From the NCBI GenBank assembly GCA_963808625.1, contig CAWEHK010000029.1, positions 32,001 to 96,000 on the forward strand: a DNA stretch of 64,000 bases. Reading direction: 5' to 3'. Position numbers and translations under genes: made by a program. Under the pieces are notes generated by a model. It did not search any database and had not been told where the DNA came from. It worked only from the letters and a program-made list of their open reading frames with translations. This document shows positions 29,832 to 39,854 of the stretch, in pieces. This stretch comes from an uncultured delta proteobacterium (lineage in GTDB: Bacteria > Desulfobacterota > Syntrophobacteria > Syntrophobacterales > Syntrophobacteraceae). Each line of letters opens with the position of its first letter. Position 1 is the first letter of the stretch.

Positions 29832-31124
29832 ATGAATACCAGCTTGAACGACATCTCAGATGTGGTTGAGAAATCATTATGCACTGGTTGTGGCACCTGT
29901 TTTGCCTTGTGCCCAACAAGCGCAATAGAAATGTATGTTGAGCAAAGGCAAGGAATTTACCTTCCCAGGATAGACAGCCAACGGTGTAACAGGTGTGGTC
30001 TGTGTTACAAGATTTGTCCAGGCCATACCATTGATTTGGAACATTTGAATATGGCAATCTTTGGGGTTAGCCCTCCTGATTTCCGGGTCGGCAACTTGCA
30101 GGATGCCTTTGTAGCACATGCTATGGATCAACAGATCAGATTCAATGGGTCATCGGGCGGCATGATCACCGCTCTCCTTGTTCATGCATTTGAAAAGAAC
30201 CTCCTTGATGGTGCACTTGTAGTCGGAATGAGGCCTGACATGCCATGGGAACCGCAACCTTTCATTGCGCGGACAGCTGACGATGTGATATCCGCTGCTG
30301 GGTCCAAATACACTCCGGTTTCCGCAAATGTTGCACTGGTTGAGATCCTCAAAAGAGATGGGCGTTATGCGTTTGTTGGACTTCCCTGTCATATACATGG
30401 ACTTCGGAAGGCCCAAATGACAAACATAGCTCTACGTAAACGCATCGTACTGGTTCTTGGCTTGTTCTGTGCTTCTGCCAGGACTTTTGTGGGACTGGAT
30501 ATTTTGTTGTCGAGGTTCGGTATGACTCGCAACGACATCGAGACCATCAGGTACCGCGGTTGCGGCTGGCCTGGTTCGCTCGAGATACGTTCAAAGAGAG
30601 GTGAGATTATTCGCGCAAGGCTTGAAGAGTACTATCATTTTATGAGTTGCAACGATCCATATCGATGTGGTCTTTGTCCGGACAAAACTTCGGAACTGTC
30701 TGACATCTCTTTTGGCGATGCATGGCTTCCGACGGTTAGCAGGGAGGGGGAACCCGGAAAATCTATCGTGATATCCAGAAATGAGTCCGCCGAGAAATGG
30801 CTAACACGAGCTGTAGACGACGGTGCTGTAACTTTGGCTCCATTGACTTATCAAATGCTTATACGAGGTGTTGGGTGGCTTGACAAAAAGAGAAAAATAG
30901 GTCCTCGACTTATCCTATGCAAAATGATTGGTAAAAGCGTTCCTAATATACATTGTAATTTAAGTAGATGGATGATTATCGACTTTTTTTCTGCCTTTAG
31001 ATACTATGCAGTTAGATTTCTTACAAAATATGCACTAACTAGAAAAGCGTATTTTATCACTAGAAAGAAATACAGGACTATAGAGTTTGGAGTGAGTATT
31101 CAGGAAATTAAAGGAAAAATGTAG
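29832..31124 (+). CDS. FrhB/FdhB-like protein with 2x[4Fe-4S] domain (second)
   Basis: CTGCGTCFALCP, CNRCGLCYKICP, SSGG, GSKY, VGLPCHI, YRGCGWPG, SDISFGDAW. Confidence 0.9.
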   Translation: MNTSLNDISDVVEKSLCTGCGTCFALCPTSAIEMYVEQRQGIYLPRIDSQRCNRCGLCYKICPGHTIDLEHLNMAIFGVSPPDFRVGNLQDAFVAHAMDQQIRFNGSSGGMITALLVHAFEKNLLDGALVVGMRPDMPWEPQPFIARTADDVISAAGSKYTPVSANVALVEILKRDGRYAFVGLPCHIHGLRKAQMTNIALRKRIVLVLGLFCASARTFVGLDILLSRFGMTRNDIETIRYRGCGWPGSLEIRSKRGEIIRARLEEYYHFMSCNDPYRCGLCPDKTSELSDISFGDAWLPTVSREGEPGKSIVISRNESAEKWLTRAVDDGAVTLAPLTYQMLIRGVGWLDKKRKIGPRLILCKMIGKSVPNIHCNLSRWMIIDFFSAFRYYAVRFLTKYALTRKAYFITRKKYRTIEFGVSIQEIKGKM

Positions 31125-31462
31125 CCTATATATAATGTCCTAGTGCTATAAATGTGTAGAAAGTATTATACAAAGATATAATATAAATAGCAAAACAATT
31201 GATATAGATATAGTAGAATCAGTAAATAATAGCAAAATGAACCTGCAACAATCAGTGAGAAGCCAGCTTCAAGATAGCTTCATAAAACAGTCGACTTCTG
31301 TACTTAGACTCTGCATGGTATCCATAACCTAGGCCAAACTCAGAATACAGATCTGGATAGAAATGAAATTGTCGTGTTACTTACTCTTGGATTCTCCATT
31401 GTGGAGAATTTATGCTGAATGGAGCTCGGAAAAGGTGGACTGCTCAGCAAAGTTCGTCTGCC

Positions 31463-32719
31463 ATGGGCTATAAGGTATTGTTGGTCAACACTTATCATTA
31501 TCTTCGAGGCGGAGACAGCAGGCATGTTCTGGCACTTGCAAAGCTCTTGAGCCAGTATGGCAATGATGTCCACTTCTTCGCTATGAAGGGCGAAAATAAC
31601 TTGCCCTGCGAAGATGAGGAATTCTTCGTGAGCGAGATGGACTACCAGAAAGCCTTGCAGATCAGGAGTCCGGTCCAACTGGCAAGGGTGCTCTGGAGGG
31701 CAAACTATTCCCTGGAGGCCAGGCGAAAGATTGCGAACCTCCTCGACAGGCTGAGACCGAATGTCGTGCATCTTCATTCCATACGACACCACCTCACCAA
31801 ATCCATAATTCAGGAGTTTAAGAAAAGATCCATTCCAATGGTGTGGACCCTTCACGATTTCAAGGAGTTGTGCCCGAACACCTCCTTTTTCGACGGTGCC
31901 GGCATCTGCGAAAAATGCAAGGGAAGGAAGTATTTAAACGTTGTCATGAGGAGGTGTAAAATGGGGTCCTTCGGAGCTTCATTGTTGACCTACCTGGAGA
32001 CTGTCGTTAGCAACTGGATCTCGAAGATGGACGATATCGACCTTTACATCGCCCCCAGCGTTTTTCTGCGTAACCAATTCATAGAGTGCGGCTACAGGGC
32101 GGACTCCCTTCTCCACTTGCCGAATTTCCTGGAAGTTGAGGAAATGATACCCCACTATGCTTTCAACGATTATTTCGTGTTCATTGGGCGACTGGAAACC
32201 GGAAAGGGCGTAGAAACGATGATAAGGGCCTACGCTCAGGCACAGGACCGGGTCACCCCGATGAAACTTAAGATCGTAGGGTCTGGCAGCAAGGTCGACG
32301 AATACAAGCAGATGGCCGCAGCAGCAAGGGCAAACGGTCTCGAATTCCTAGGCTTCAAAGGCGGCGAAGAACTTGAGGAAGTAACAAAGAAAGCGAGAGC
32401 GGTTATCATCCCTTCGGAGTTGTATGAGAACTATCCTTTTTCGGGCCTTGAAGCCATGGCGTATGGAAAACCGGTGATCGGCGCAAGGATAGGGGGCATA
32501 CCCGAACAGGTGGACGATGGCGTGACGGGCTTTCTTTTCGAACCCTCCGACGACAAGGAGCTAGCAGAGAAAATGATTCTCTTAAGCCAATTGCCAGAAG
32601 CCAGAATCACGGAGATGGGACGTAGGGCCAGGGAAAAGGTCGAAAGCAACAACAATAGATACAGATACGTCGCGGAACTGCTTCAGGCCTATGAGAAGGT
32701 CATCGCACGTTTTAACTGA
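31463..32719 (+). CDS. Glycosyltransferase family 4
   Basis: VWTLHD, FIGRLETGKG, ENYPFSGLEAMAYGKPVI. Confidence 0.9.
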   Translation: MGYKVLLVNTYHYLRGGDSRHVLALAKLLSQYGNDVHFFAMKGENNLPCEDEEFFVSEMDYQKALQIRSPVQLARVLWRANYSLEARRKIANLLDRLRPNVVHLHSIRHHLTKSIIQEFKKRSIPMVWTLHDFKELCPNTSFFDGAGICEKCKGRKYLNVVMRRCKMGSFGASLLTYLETVVSNWISKMDDIDLYIAPSVFLRNQFIECGYRADSLLHLPNFLEVEEMIPHYAFNDYFVFIGRLETGKGVETMIRAYAQAQDRVTPMKLKIVGSGSKVDEYKQMAAAARANGLEFLGFKGGEELEEVTKKARAVIIPSELYENYPFSGLEAMAYGKPVIGARIGGIPEQVDDGVTGFLFEPSDDKELAEKMILLSQLPEARITEMGRRAREKVESNNNRYRYVAELLQAYEKVIARFN

Positions 32720-32750
32720 AGGCTTTACACATGAAAGGCAAAGCAGCACC

Positions 32751-33743
32751 ATGGAATGCGCCGTAATCGCTACTTACAGATGCAATGCAAAATGTGGGAT
32801 GTGTCACACCTGGAGGTACCCTAGCAAGGCATCCGAGGAATTCAACCCCGATATCCTCGAGATGCTCCCCGGAGGCATGCATCGGCTTAACATCACTGGC
32901 GGTGAGCCGATGATGCGTAAGGATATCCTGGATATCGTAAGCATTCTCGACAAGAAGACAAAACGGCTCGAAATTAGCACGAACGGGTTCTTCATCGACC
33001 GGATTTTGGCCATTGTGGAGAAGTTCCAGAATATCACCATTCGTATCAGCATCGAGGGCCTTCCCAATCTTAATGACAGGCTCAGGGGCATTGATAACGG
33101 GTTTGACAGGGGCCTGCGGCTCCTACTTCGCCTCAAGCAGATGGGCATGCGCGACATTGGCTTCGCCATGACCGTTTCCGGTGAGAACTGCCGCGACATC
33201 CTGGACGTCTACCACTTGGCGGCATTTATGGATGTGGAACTCGCAAATGCCGTCGTGCACAACTCGTTCTATTTCCACAAGACGGACAACGTGATCTCGA
33301 ATGTGGAGGAGTTCGAGGAGGTCATGCGCAAGTTCATGGAGCGGCTGCTGACCTCTCCCAGGATCAACGCGAAAAGGAGGATCAAGGATTGGTTTCGAGC
33401 TTATATAAACGCAGGTTTGCTGATGCACGTCAAGGAGGGGCAGCGACCCATCGAGTGTGGGGCTGGCACCGACACCTTTTTCGTGGACCCGTGGGGAACG
33501 GTCCTGGCGTGTAACGGTTCGGAGCAGCCCTTGGTCATGGGGGACCTGAAAGAGCAATCGTTCGATGATATCTGGTGCAGTGAACAGGCAATAGTTGTTA
33601 GAAAACAGGTGGCAGAGTGCAAGCGCTCCTGCTGGATGACCGGGACCGCCGTTCCTGCCATGCGAAGAAATCCTCTTAAACCGCTTTCGTGGGTTTTAAG
33701 AAACAAGATCAGGTTAATTCAAAGGAAGCCCCTCTTTCTCTAA
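32751..33743 (+). CDS. Radical SAM protein with SPASM-like domain
   Basis: CNAKCGMC, TGGEP, STNG, C-terminal CGAG...ACN...CKRSC. Confidence 0.9.
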   Translation: MECAVIATYRCNAKCGMCHTWRYPSKASEEFNPDILEMLPGGMHRLNITGGEPMMRKDILDIVSILDKKTKRLEISTNGFFIDRILAIVEKFQNITIRISIEGLPNLNDRLRGIDNGFDRGLRLLLRLKQMGMRDIGFAMTVSGENCRDILDVYHLAAFMDVELANAVVHNSFYFHKTDNVISNVEEFEEVMRKFMERLLTSPRINAKRRIKDWFRAYINAGLLMHVKEGQRPIECGAGTDTFFVDPWGTVLACNGSEQPLVMGDLKEQSFDDIWCSEQAIVVRKQVAECKRSCWMTGTAVPAMRRNPLKPLSWVLRNKIRLIQRKPLFL

Positions 33744-33763
33744 ATTTCTGTTTGAACGACGGT

Positions 33764-34885
33764 ATGAGAATAGCAATCCTTGGTTCGAAGGGTATACCGG
33801 GACACCATGGTGTGGAAGTGGTGGTGGATTCGCTTGTTCCAGAACTGGCACGCTGTGGTCATGAAATAACCGTATACGGTTACGCCACTTACACGAAACC
33901 AACCGACGATTACCACGGGGTGCGAATCAAGACCATTTCGGGTCTCTCGACGAAGAACCTTGAAATGATATCGCACATGTGGAGCGCCTCTGTGGATGTC
34001 AGACGGGAGCGTTATGATCTGGTTCATATTCACAGTACGGATCCCTGTCTTCTTGCCTGGCTGCCAGCGTCTCGGCATGCAGTGGTTGCCACTTCACATG
34101 GGCAAGCTTACCAGAGAAAAAAATGGGGATTCCTGCCGCGAATGATGTCCAAAGTTGCTGAATATTTTTACATGTTCATACCTGAAGTAGTCACATCTGT
34201 GTCCAAGCCCCTCGCTGATTACTACAAATCCAAGTATAGCAAGGATGTCCGCTACATTCCGAATGGGATAAAGGTGCGAGAAAAACCGCCTCAAATATTT
34301 CTTAAGAAATGGGAATTACAGCCTTACAGATACCTATTCTGCTCAGCAGGGCGAATTGAACGTACAAAGGGGCTCGATACGTTATTTGAGGCTTATTCCA
34401 AAACCAAAACTCTCTTGCCGCTGATTATTGCGGGTGGTGGGAGTGGAAGTGACTTGCCTTATTTCGACCAACTTAAGAGGAATAAGCCTGGAGGTGTTCA
34501 CTTCGCAGGCTTTTTAAGCGGGGATGAACTTTTCTCGTTGTACGCATATGCTCGTGTCTTCGTGTTCCCATCCGAATATGAAGCCATGTCGATGGCATTG
34601 CTGGAGGGTTTGTCATTCGGGGTGCCAACCGTATACAGCGATATTCCTGAAAACAGGGCGGTGGCAGGGGAGTTTGCTTATCCCTTTGACGTGTCAGATG
34701 CTTTTTCGTTAAGAGAAACAATCCAACATGTACTAGCCAATGAGAGCGAAGCATTCGGCAAAGCAGAAAAAGCAAGGGATTACATCCTGGATAAGCACAA
34801 TTGGAAAAGCATTGCAGGTCAATACAACCAGATTTATCTCGAATGTCTTGAAGCCCGGAAAGCGAGCCGAAAAGGTTATAGATGA
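33764..34885 (+). CDS. Glycosyltransferase family 4
   Basis: MRIAILGSKGIP, AGRIERTKG, PSEYEAMSMALLEG. Confidence 0.9.
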   Translation: MRIAILGSKGIPGHHGVEVVVDSLVPELARCGHEITVYGYATYTKPTDDYHGVRIKTISGLSTKNLEMISHMWSASVDVRRERYDLVHIHSTDPCLLAWLPASRHAVVATSHGQAYQRKKWGFLPRMMSKVAEYFYMFIPEVVTSVSKPLADYYKSKYSKDVRYIPNGIKVREKPPQIFLKKWELQPYRYLFCSAGRIERTKGLDTLFEAYSKTKTLLPLIIAGGGSGSDLPYFDQLKRNKPGGVHFAGFLSGDELFSLYAYARVFVFPSEYEAMSMALLEGLSFGVPTVYSDIPENRAVAGEFAYPFDVSDAFSLRETIQHVLANESEAFGKAEKARDYILDKHNWKSIAGQYNQIYLECLEARKASRKGYR

Positions 34886-34929
34886 AGTGTTCGCCTTCCA
34901 AGTGTTCCCTTTCCTGAAGGATTAGAAGC

Positions 34930-36037
34930 ATGAACATCCCTTTTGTTGATTTGAAAAGTCAGTACGCGAGTGTAAAGGAAGAGATCGACAGTGTTGTCCT
35001 GGATGTGATGGCCCACTCCGCTTTTATAGGTGGGCCTCATGTCGAATCCCTAGAGCGGGCTTTCGCAAATTTCTGTGGCGTGAACCATTGCGTAGGCCTC
35101 GGAAATGGGACTGACGCGATCTTTATTGCTCTCAAGGCCTTTGGTGTTGGCGCGGGAGACGAGGTTATCACCGCCGCCAACAGTTTCATTGCCACATCCG
35201 AGGCCATTACCATGGCAGGGGCCAGGGTGGTATTTGTCGATGTTGATCCGTTGACTTACAACATGGACGTTGATCAGATCGAAGGAAAGATTACCCCGCA
35301 TACGAAAGCCGTCGTGCCGGTGCATCTTTATGGCCAGCCGGCTGATATGGAACCGATCCTGGATCTTGCGCAAAGATACCGGCTCCTCGTTGTCGAGGAT
35401 TCGGCCCAGGCTCATGGAGCTATGTACAAAGGGCGCCGCGTCGGATCGCTGGGGGCACGCCGCCTGCTTCAGCTTCTATCCGGGGAAAAACCTTGGAGCA
35501 TACGGAGATGCGGGAGCAATTGTTACGGATGATGAGGAAGTGGCGGCGAAAGCACGAATCTTTGCCAACCACGGGAGAATTGACAAGTACGACCACGCAG
35601 TCGAAGGCGTGAACAGCCGTCTGGATGGGCTGCAGGCAGCGATTCTGAATGTCAAGCTGAAACATCTCCCGGAGTGGACGAAGCGAAGGCGGAGGAATGC
35701 TGCTCTTTATAATGCTTATCTAAAGGACTTGGACGTGATCACGCCTAAGGAAATGGAGGGCGTCGAGCACGTTTATCATTTGTATGTGGTGAGGGTCAAG
35801 CCGGAGATCAGAGCAAAACTTCAAGAGCATTTAGCGACGAGAGGGATTGCGACGGGGATTCATTATCCGATTACTTTGCCGAATTTGAAGGCATATGCGT
35901 ACCTTGGGTACTCAGAGACGGATTTTCCGCAGGCGACGAGGGCTTCGAGGGAGGTGCTTTCGCTGCCGATGTATCCGGAATTGGAGGAGGAGCAGATTGA
36001 GTATGTGGCGTGGGCTATGAAGGACTTCGGATTATAA
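34930..36037 (+). CDS. DegT/DnrJ/EryC1/StrS sugar aminotransferase (frameshift near 35455)
   Basis: NGTDAI, PVHLYGQ and EDSAQAHGA in one frame; FSFYPGKNLGAYGD and NSRLDGLQAA in another. Confidence 0.9.
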
Positions 36038-36247
36038 AAAGAGAAGGTCATAGGTAATCGGTAATGGCTCCCTAGCGAAGAGAAAAAGAGGTCTCTCATA
36101 GAACGCGCAGAGACGCAGAGACGTAGAGAAAAGAAGGCTCTGTGGGGTCTGCGAGAGACAATTTTGGCTTTGTGAGCTTTCTGTGAGTGACCGTGAGAGA
36201 GGCTGTTCTTTCGGAATTCGGTGAGCAGGAGATTTTGGGATTAGGCC

Positions 36248-36727
36248 ATGACTGATCAGCACTTGAAGCGGATTGCTCCTGACGTAAAGCTCGGGCTTGA
36301 TGTGAGGATTCAGGATTTCGTCAACCTCTATGGCTGCGAAATTGGGGACGAAACCCGGATTGGCCCTTTTGTGGAGGTGCAGCGAGGGGTGACGATCGGG
36401 AAGCGCTGCAAGATCCAGAGCCATTCCTTTATCTGTGAGGGGGTAACCATTGAGGATGAGGTCATGGTCGGGCACGGGGTCATGTTCATCAACGATCGCG
36501 ACCCGGCGGCCGTGAATGCGGATGGCTTTCTTAAGAGTGACGCGAATTGGGTGTGTGTTCCGACTGTCGTGAAGAAGCGCGCATCCATAGGTTCAAACGC
36601 GACCATTCTCTGCGGTGTGACGATTGGTGCAGGGGCGTTGGTGGGGGCCGGGGCCGTGGTCACGAAGGATGTGCCGCCTAATACCGTGGTCGTGGGAAAT
36701 CCAGCTTGGATGTTGAAGACAAGATGA
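36248..36727 (+). CDS. Hexapeptide-repeat N-acetyltransferase
   Basis: IGPFVEVQRGVTIG, ASIGSNATILCGVTIG...VVGNPA. Confidence 0.9.
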   Translation: MTDQHLKRIAPDVKLGLDVRIQDFVNLYGCEIGDETRIGPFVEVQRGVTIGKRCKIQSHSFICEGVTIEDEVMVGHGVMFINDRDPAAVNADGFLKSDANWVCVPTVVKKRASIGSNATILCGVTIGAGALVGAGAVVTKDVPPNTVVVGNPAWMLKTR

Positions 36728-36778
36728 AAGTAACTGAAAGAAACAATATCGTAGATTCGAAGATGAGAACCATAGTCC

Positions 36779-38239
36779 ATGTGGCAGAATCAGCCTAAAT
36801 TCAAATATGCTTTCCTCACGTTAGACGGCATTATCTTCACTATCGCCTTCGGTTTTGCCTTTCTTCATGGTATTTCCAGACTTCCGGGAACTTGGGAGCA
36901 TAAACATCAACTTTTACTTCAGTCATTTTTATTTATATACTATTTTTCTAGTTATTTATTGGTTCTGTTTTATGAACGGAAATCTATATAAGCGAAATAT
37001 TATTATCACCAGATATCGGCATGCTATCCTAATTATTAAAGCCCTCATGATCGGCAGTATTGTAGTAACGGTAATTATGGTGTTCTCAAATAGTGAATAT
37101 TTAGTAAATTTCGGAACATTCATGATGGCCTATTTCCTCCTCTGTGGCTTCCCTTTACTGATTCTATTCAGAGTTGTTGTGGCAAGAAGAGCTTATCTTT
37201 ATCTGATCGCGAAGAATGTATTCAGGTCCAGGGTCCTCATTGTGGGGGGGGATGAATTGGCCGAGCACGCTGCCAAAGGCCTGGAGCAGCGCGGCATCAA
37301 ACGAGTTCATGGTGGTTGGCTTTGTCGATGATTCCAAAGACTCTCGGTCCAGCATTCGGGGCCACGTGGAGAACCTTGGAACACTCAATGATCTCAATGA
37401 AATTGTCTCCCAACGCCAAGTGGATGAAGTCCTGGTTGCCGTGGGTGATGTGCCCTATCTCGAATTGATCAGGACGGTTGAGGCGTGCCTCAGAACGGGT
37501 AAGGTCGTTCGCGTCTATTCCAACCTTTTGCAGATTATCGCTGAGAAGCTGAATGTCGAGTTCTACGGGGACATCCCGGTGGTCAAGCTGTCCCAGTATG
37601 CCCTCTGGGATAACGTGTGGATGATGAAAAGGGTCCTCGATGTCCTGGTGAGCGCCGTTTCCCTGGTCTTGCTTGCGCCGGTGTTTGCCGCCATTGCCCT
37701 GGGCATCAAACTCTCCTCGCGAGGACCCGTCGATTTTTAAGCAGGTAAGAATCGGCAAGGGTGGGCACCCGTTCACTTTTTACAAATTCCGTTCCATGCA
37801 TGTCCACGCCGACGATTCAATACATAGGGAATATGTCAGGAATCTGATTCAGAACGAATGTTCATCCGAACAGAAGGAGATAAGGGTTTTCAAGATAACC
37901 GACGATCCCAGGATCTTCAGGTTTGGCAAGTTTATCAGAAAGACAAGCTTTGATGAATTTCCGCAGCTTTTCAATGTACTGAAAGGCGATATGAGTCTCA
38001 TTGGTCCGAGGCCCTGTTTGCCTTACGAGTGGGAATGTTACAGCGAGTGGCACAAAGCAAGGTTGATGGCCCCCCCGGGGTGCACAGGTTTGTGGCAGGT
38101 GGTCGGAAGAAGCACCGTAACCTTCGAAGAGATGGTGATCCTTGATCTTTATTACATCAGCAACATGACAACATGGTTTGATCTCAAAATTATGATGAAG
38201 ACCTTTCCGGTCATTTTTCTAGGCGCGGGCGCCCATTAG
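36779..38239 (+). CDS. Initiating polyprenyl-phosphate sugar phosphotransferase (several frameshifts)
   Basis: N-terminal TM fragments, KRVLD, FYKFRSM, RKTSFDEFPQLFNVLKGDMSLIGPRP, GCTGLWQV. Confidence 0.88.
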
Positions 38240-38330
38240 AAGACCCCACCATCGAGGGCACTGAGGAAATACTGAATTGTCTTCGGTGTGCTCGCTGATC
38301 AATTTCTTTGTTGAACACAGGAGGGCAGGT

Positions 38331-39341
38331 ATGCTGAGAGCGGGTGTGATAGGGTGTGGTTACTGGGGGCCAAATCTGATCAGGAATTTCATCCAACTCC
38401 AGGAGAGCGACGTGGCCTGGGTGGCAGACCTCGATGAGTCGCGCCTCAAAAAGATGAAGGAGCTCTATCCATCAGTTGCGACAACGACGGATTACCGGGA
38501 GATCATCACCGATCCCGGAGTGAATTTCGTGGCTATCGCTACCCCTGTCCATACCCATTATCGGCTGGCGCGGGAAGCGCTGGATCAGAAGAAGCACGTA
38601 CTGGTGGAAAAACCCATTGCAGCTTCCGTTCAAGAAGCCGAAGAACTGGTGCACCTGGCGGCAGCTCAAGGCTGCAAGCTCATGGTCGGGCACACCTTCC
38701 TCTACACCTCCGCCGTCAAAAAAATGAAAGAGATCATCGACTCGGGTGAGCTTGGCGAGATTTATTATATCAATTCACAACGTTTGAACCTGGGCCTCTT
38801 TCAGCAGGATATCAATGTGGTGTGGGACCTGGGACCGCACGACATTTCAATTATTTTGTACCTGTTGGGGCAGGAGCCGCATTGGGTGAGCGCCGTCGGA
38901 GCGTCACACATCAACCCGAAGGTCGAGGATATCGCAATTTTGACCATGGAATTTGCCGATAATCTGGTCGCTTTTGTTCAAAGCAGTTGGCTGGACCCGG
39001 ACAAGATCAGGAAGATGACGGTCGTCGGCAGCAAGAAGATGATGGTGTACGACGACGTGCAGCCGACAGAAAAAATCAGGATTTACGATAAAGGCGTTGA
39101 GAAGCCCAAGCATTATGACACTTTTGCTGAGTTCCCTTACTCATACAAGTACGGAGACATCATTATCCCCAAGATTGACGGCACCGAACCGCTTCGCACC
39201 GAATTGAGCCATTTCCTGGATTGCATAAAGTCCGATGTCACGCCCATGAGTGATGGCAGACGCGGGCTCCAGGTGGTCAAGATCCTCGAGGCCGCCCAAA
39301 AATCTCTGGACCAGGGTAACAATCGATTTTCCGTCGGGTAG
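38331..39341 (+). CDS. Gfo/Idh/MocA family oxidoreductase
   Basis: GVIGCGYWGPN, HVLVEKP, WDLGPHD. Confidence 0.9.
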   Translation: MLRAGVIGCGYWGPNLIRNFIQLQESDVAWVADLDESRLKKMKELYPSVATTTDYREIITDPGVNFVAIATPVHTHYRLAREALDQKKHVLVEKPIAASVQEAEELVHLAAAQGCKLMVGHTFLYTSAVKKMKEIIDSGELGEIYYINSQRLNLGLFQQDINVVWDLGPHDISIILYLLGQEPHWVSAVGASHINPKVEDIAILTMEFADNLVAFVQSSWLDPDKIRKMTVVGSKKMMVYDDVQPTEKIRIYDKGVEKPKHYDTFAEFPYSYKYGDIIIPKIDGTEPLRTELSHFLDCIKSDVTPMSDGRRGLQVVKILEAAQKSLDQGNNRFSVG

Positions 39342-39348
39342 GCGTCCG

Positions 39349-39804
39349 CTGAACCTTTTCCTTGCGCTTATCGTCGCTCATCTCTGTGGTGATCTGCTTG
39401 CCTACACCACCTTTATGGCCAGGGCTAAACGCTTGGCCTCATGGCCGTCAAAAGCGGCAGCCACGGGCTTGCACTCTCTGATTCACGCCGGCCTGGCGTG
39501 GTTCTGGCTGTGGCCCTGGGATGGCAAGACCAGGCTCTATGCCGCTCTCTACACGTTCCTGGTCCATTACGCGATAGACTTTAGCCGGACCTTTCTCGAA
39601 ACCGGCGTCTTCAGTTCTGCTGAGGTGAAGGTCTTCCGCAGGCAGGATGTGTTCCGCTGGGCAATTGGACGGGACCGGGGCGCCTCGGAAGTGCACGCCT
39701 TTATGGAAAAGAACACCTTCACATGGTCGCTGCTTAATATCGTTGATCAGGGCCTGCACGTGCTGTCAATGGCCCTGTTTGCCTGGTATGTTCAGCTCCC
39801 CTGA
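39349..39804 (+). CDS. DUF3307-like membrane protein
   Basis: AHLCGD, HSLIH, HYAID and DQGLH motifs; start codon unclear. Confidence 0.7.
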   Translation: MNLFLALIVAHLCGDLLAYTTFMARAKRLASWPSKAAATGLHSLIHAGLAWFWLWPWDGKTRLYAALYTFLVHYAIDFSRTFLETGVFSSAEVKVFRRQDVFRWAIGRDRGASEVHAFMEKNTFTWSLLNIVDQGLHVLSMALFAWYVQLP

Positions 39805-39854
39805 AACCATCTCCCTGTTTACTACCGTGTCTCATGACCCTATGCGAACAGACG

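Noticed and set aside
20839..31124. FrhB-like genes as evidence for an F420 hydrogenase or methanogenesis
   Set aside because: No alpha/gamma subunits or maturation genes; the context is polysaccharide biosynthesis.
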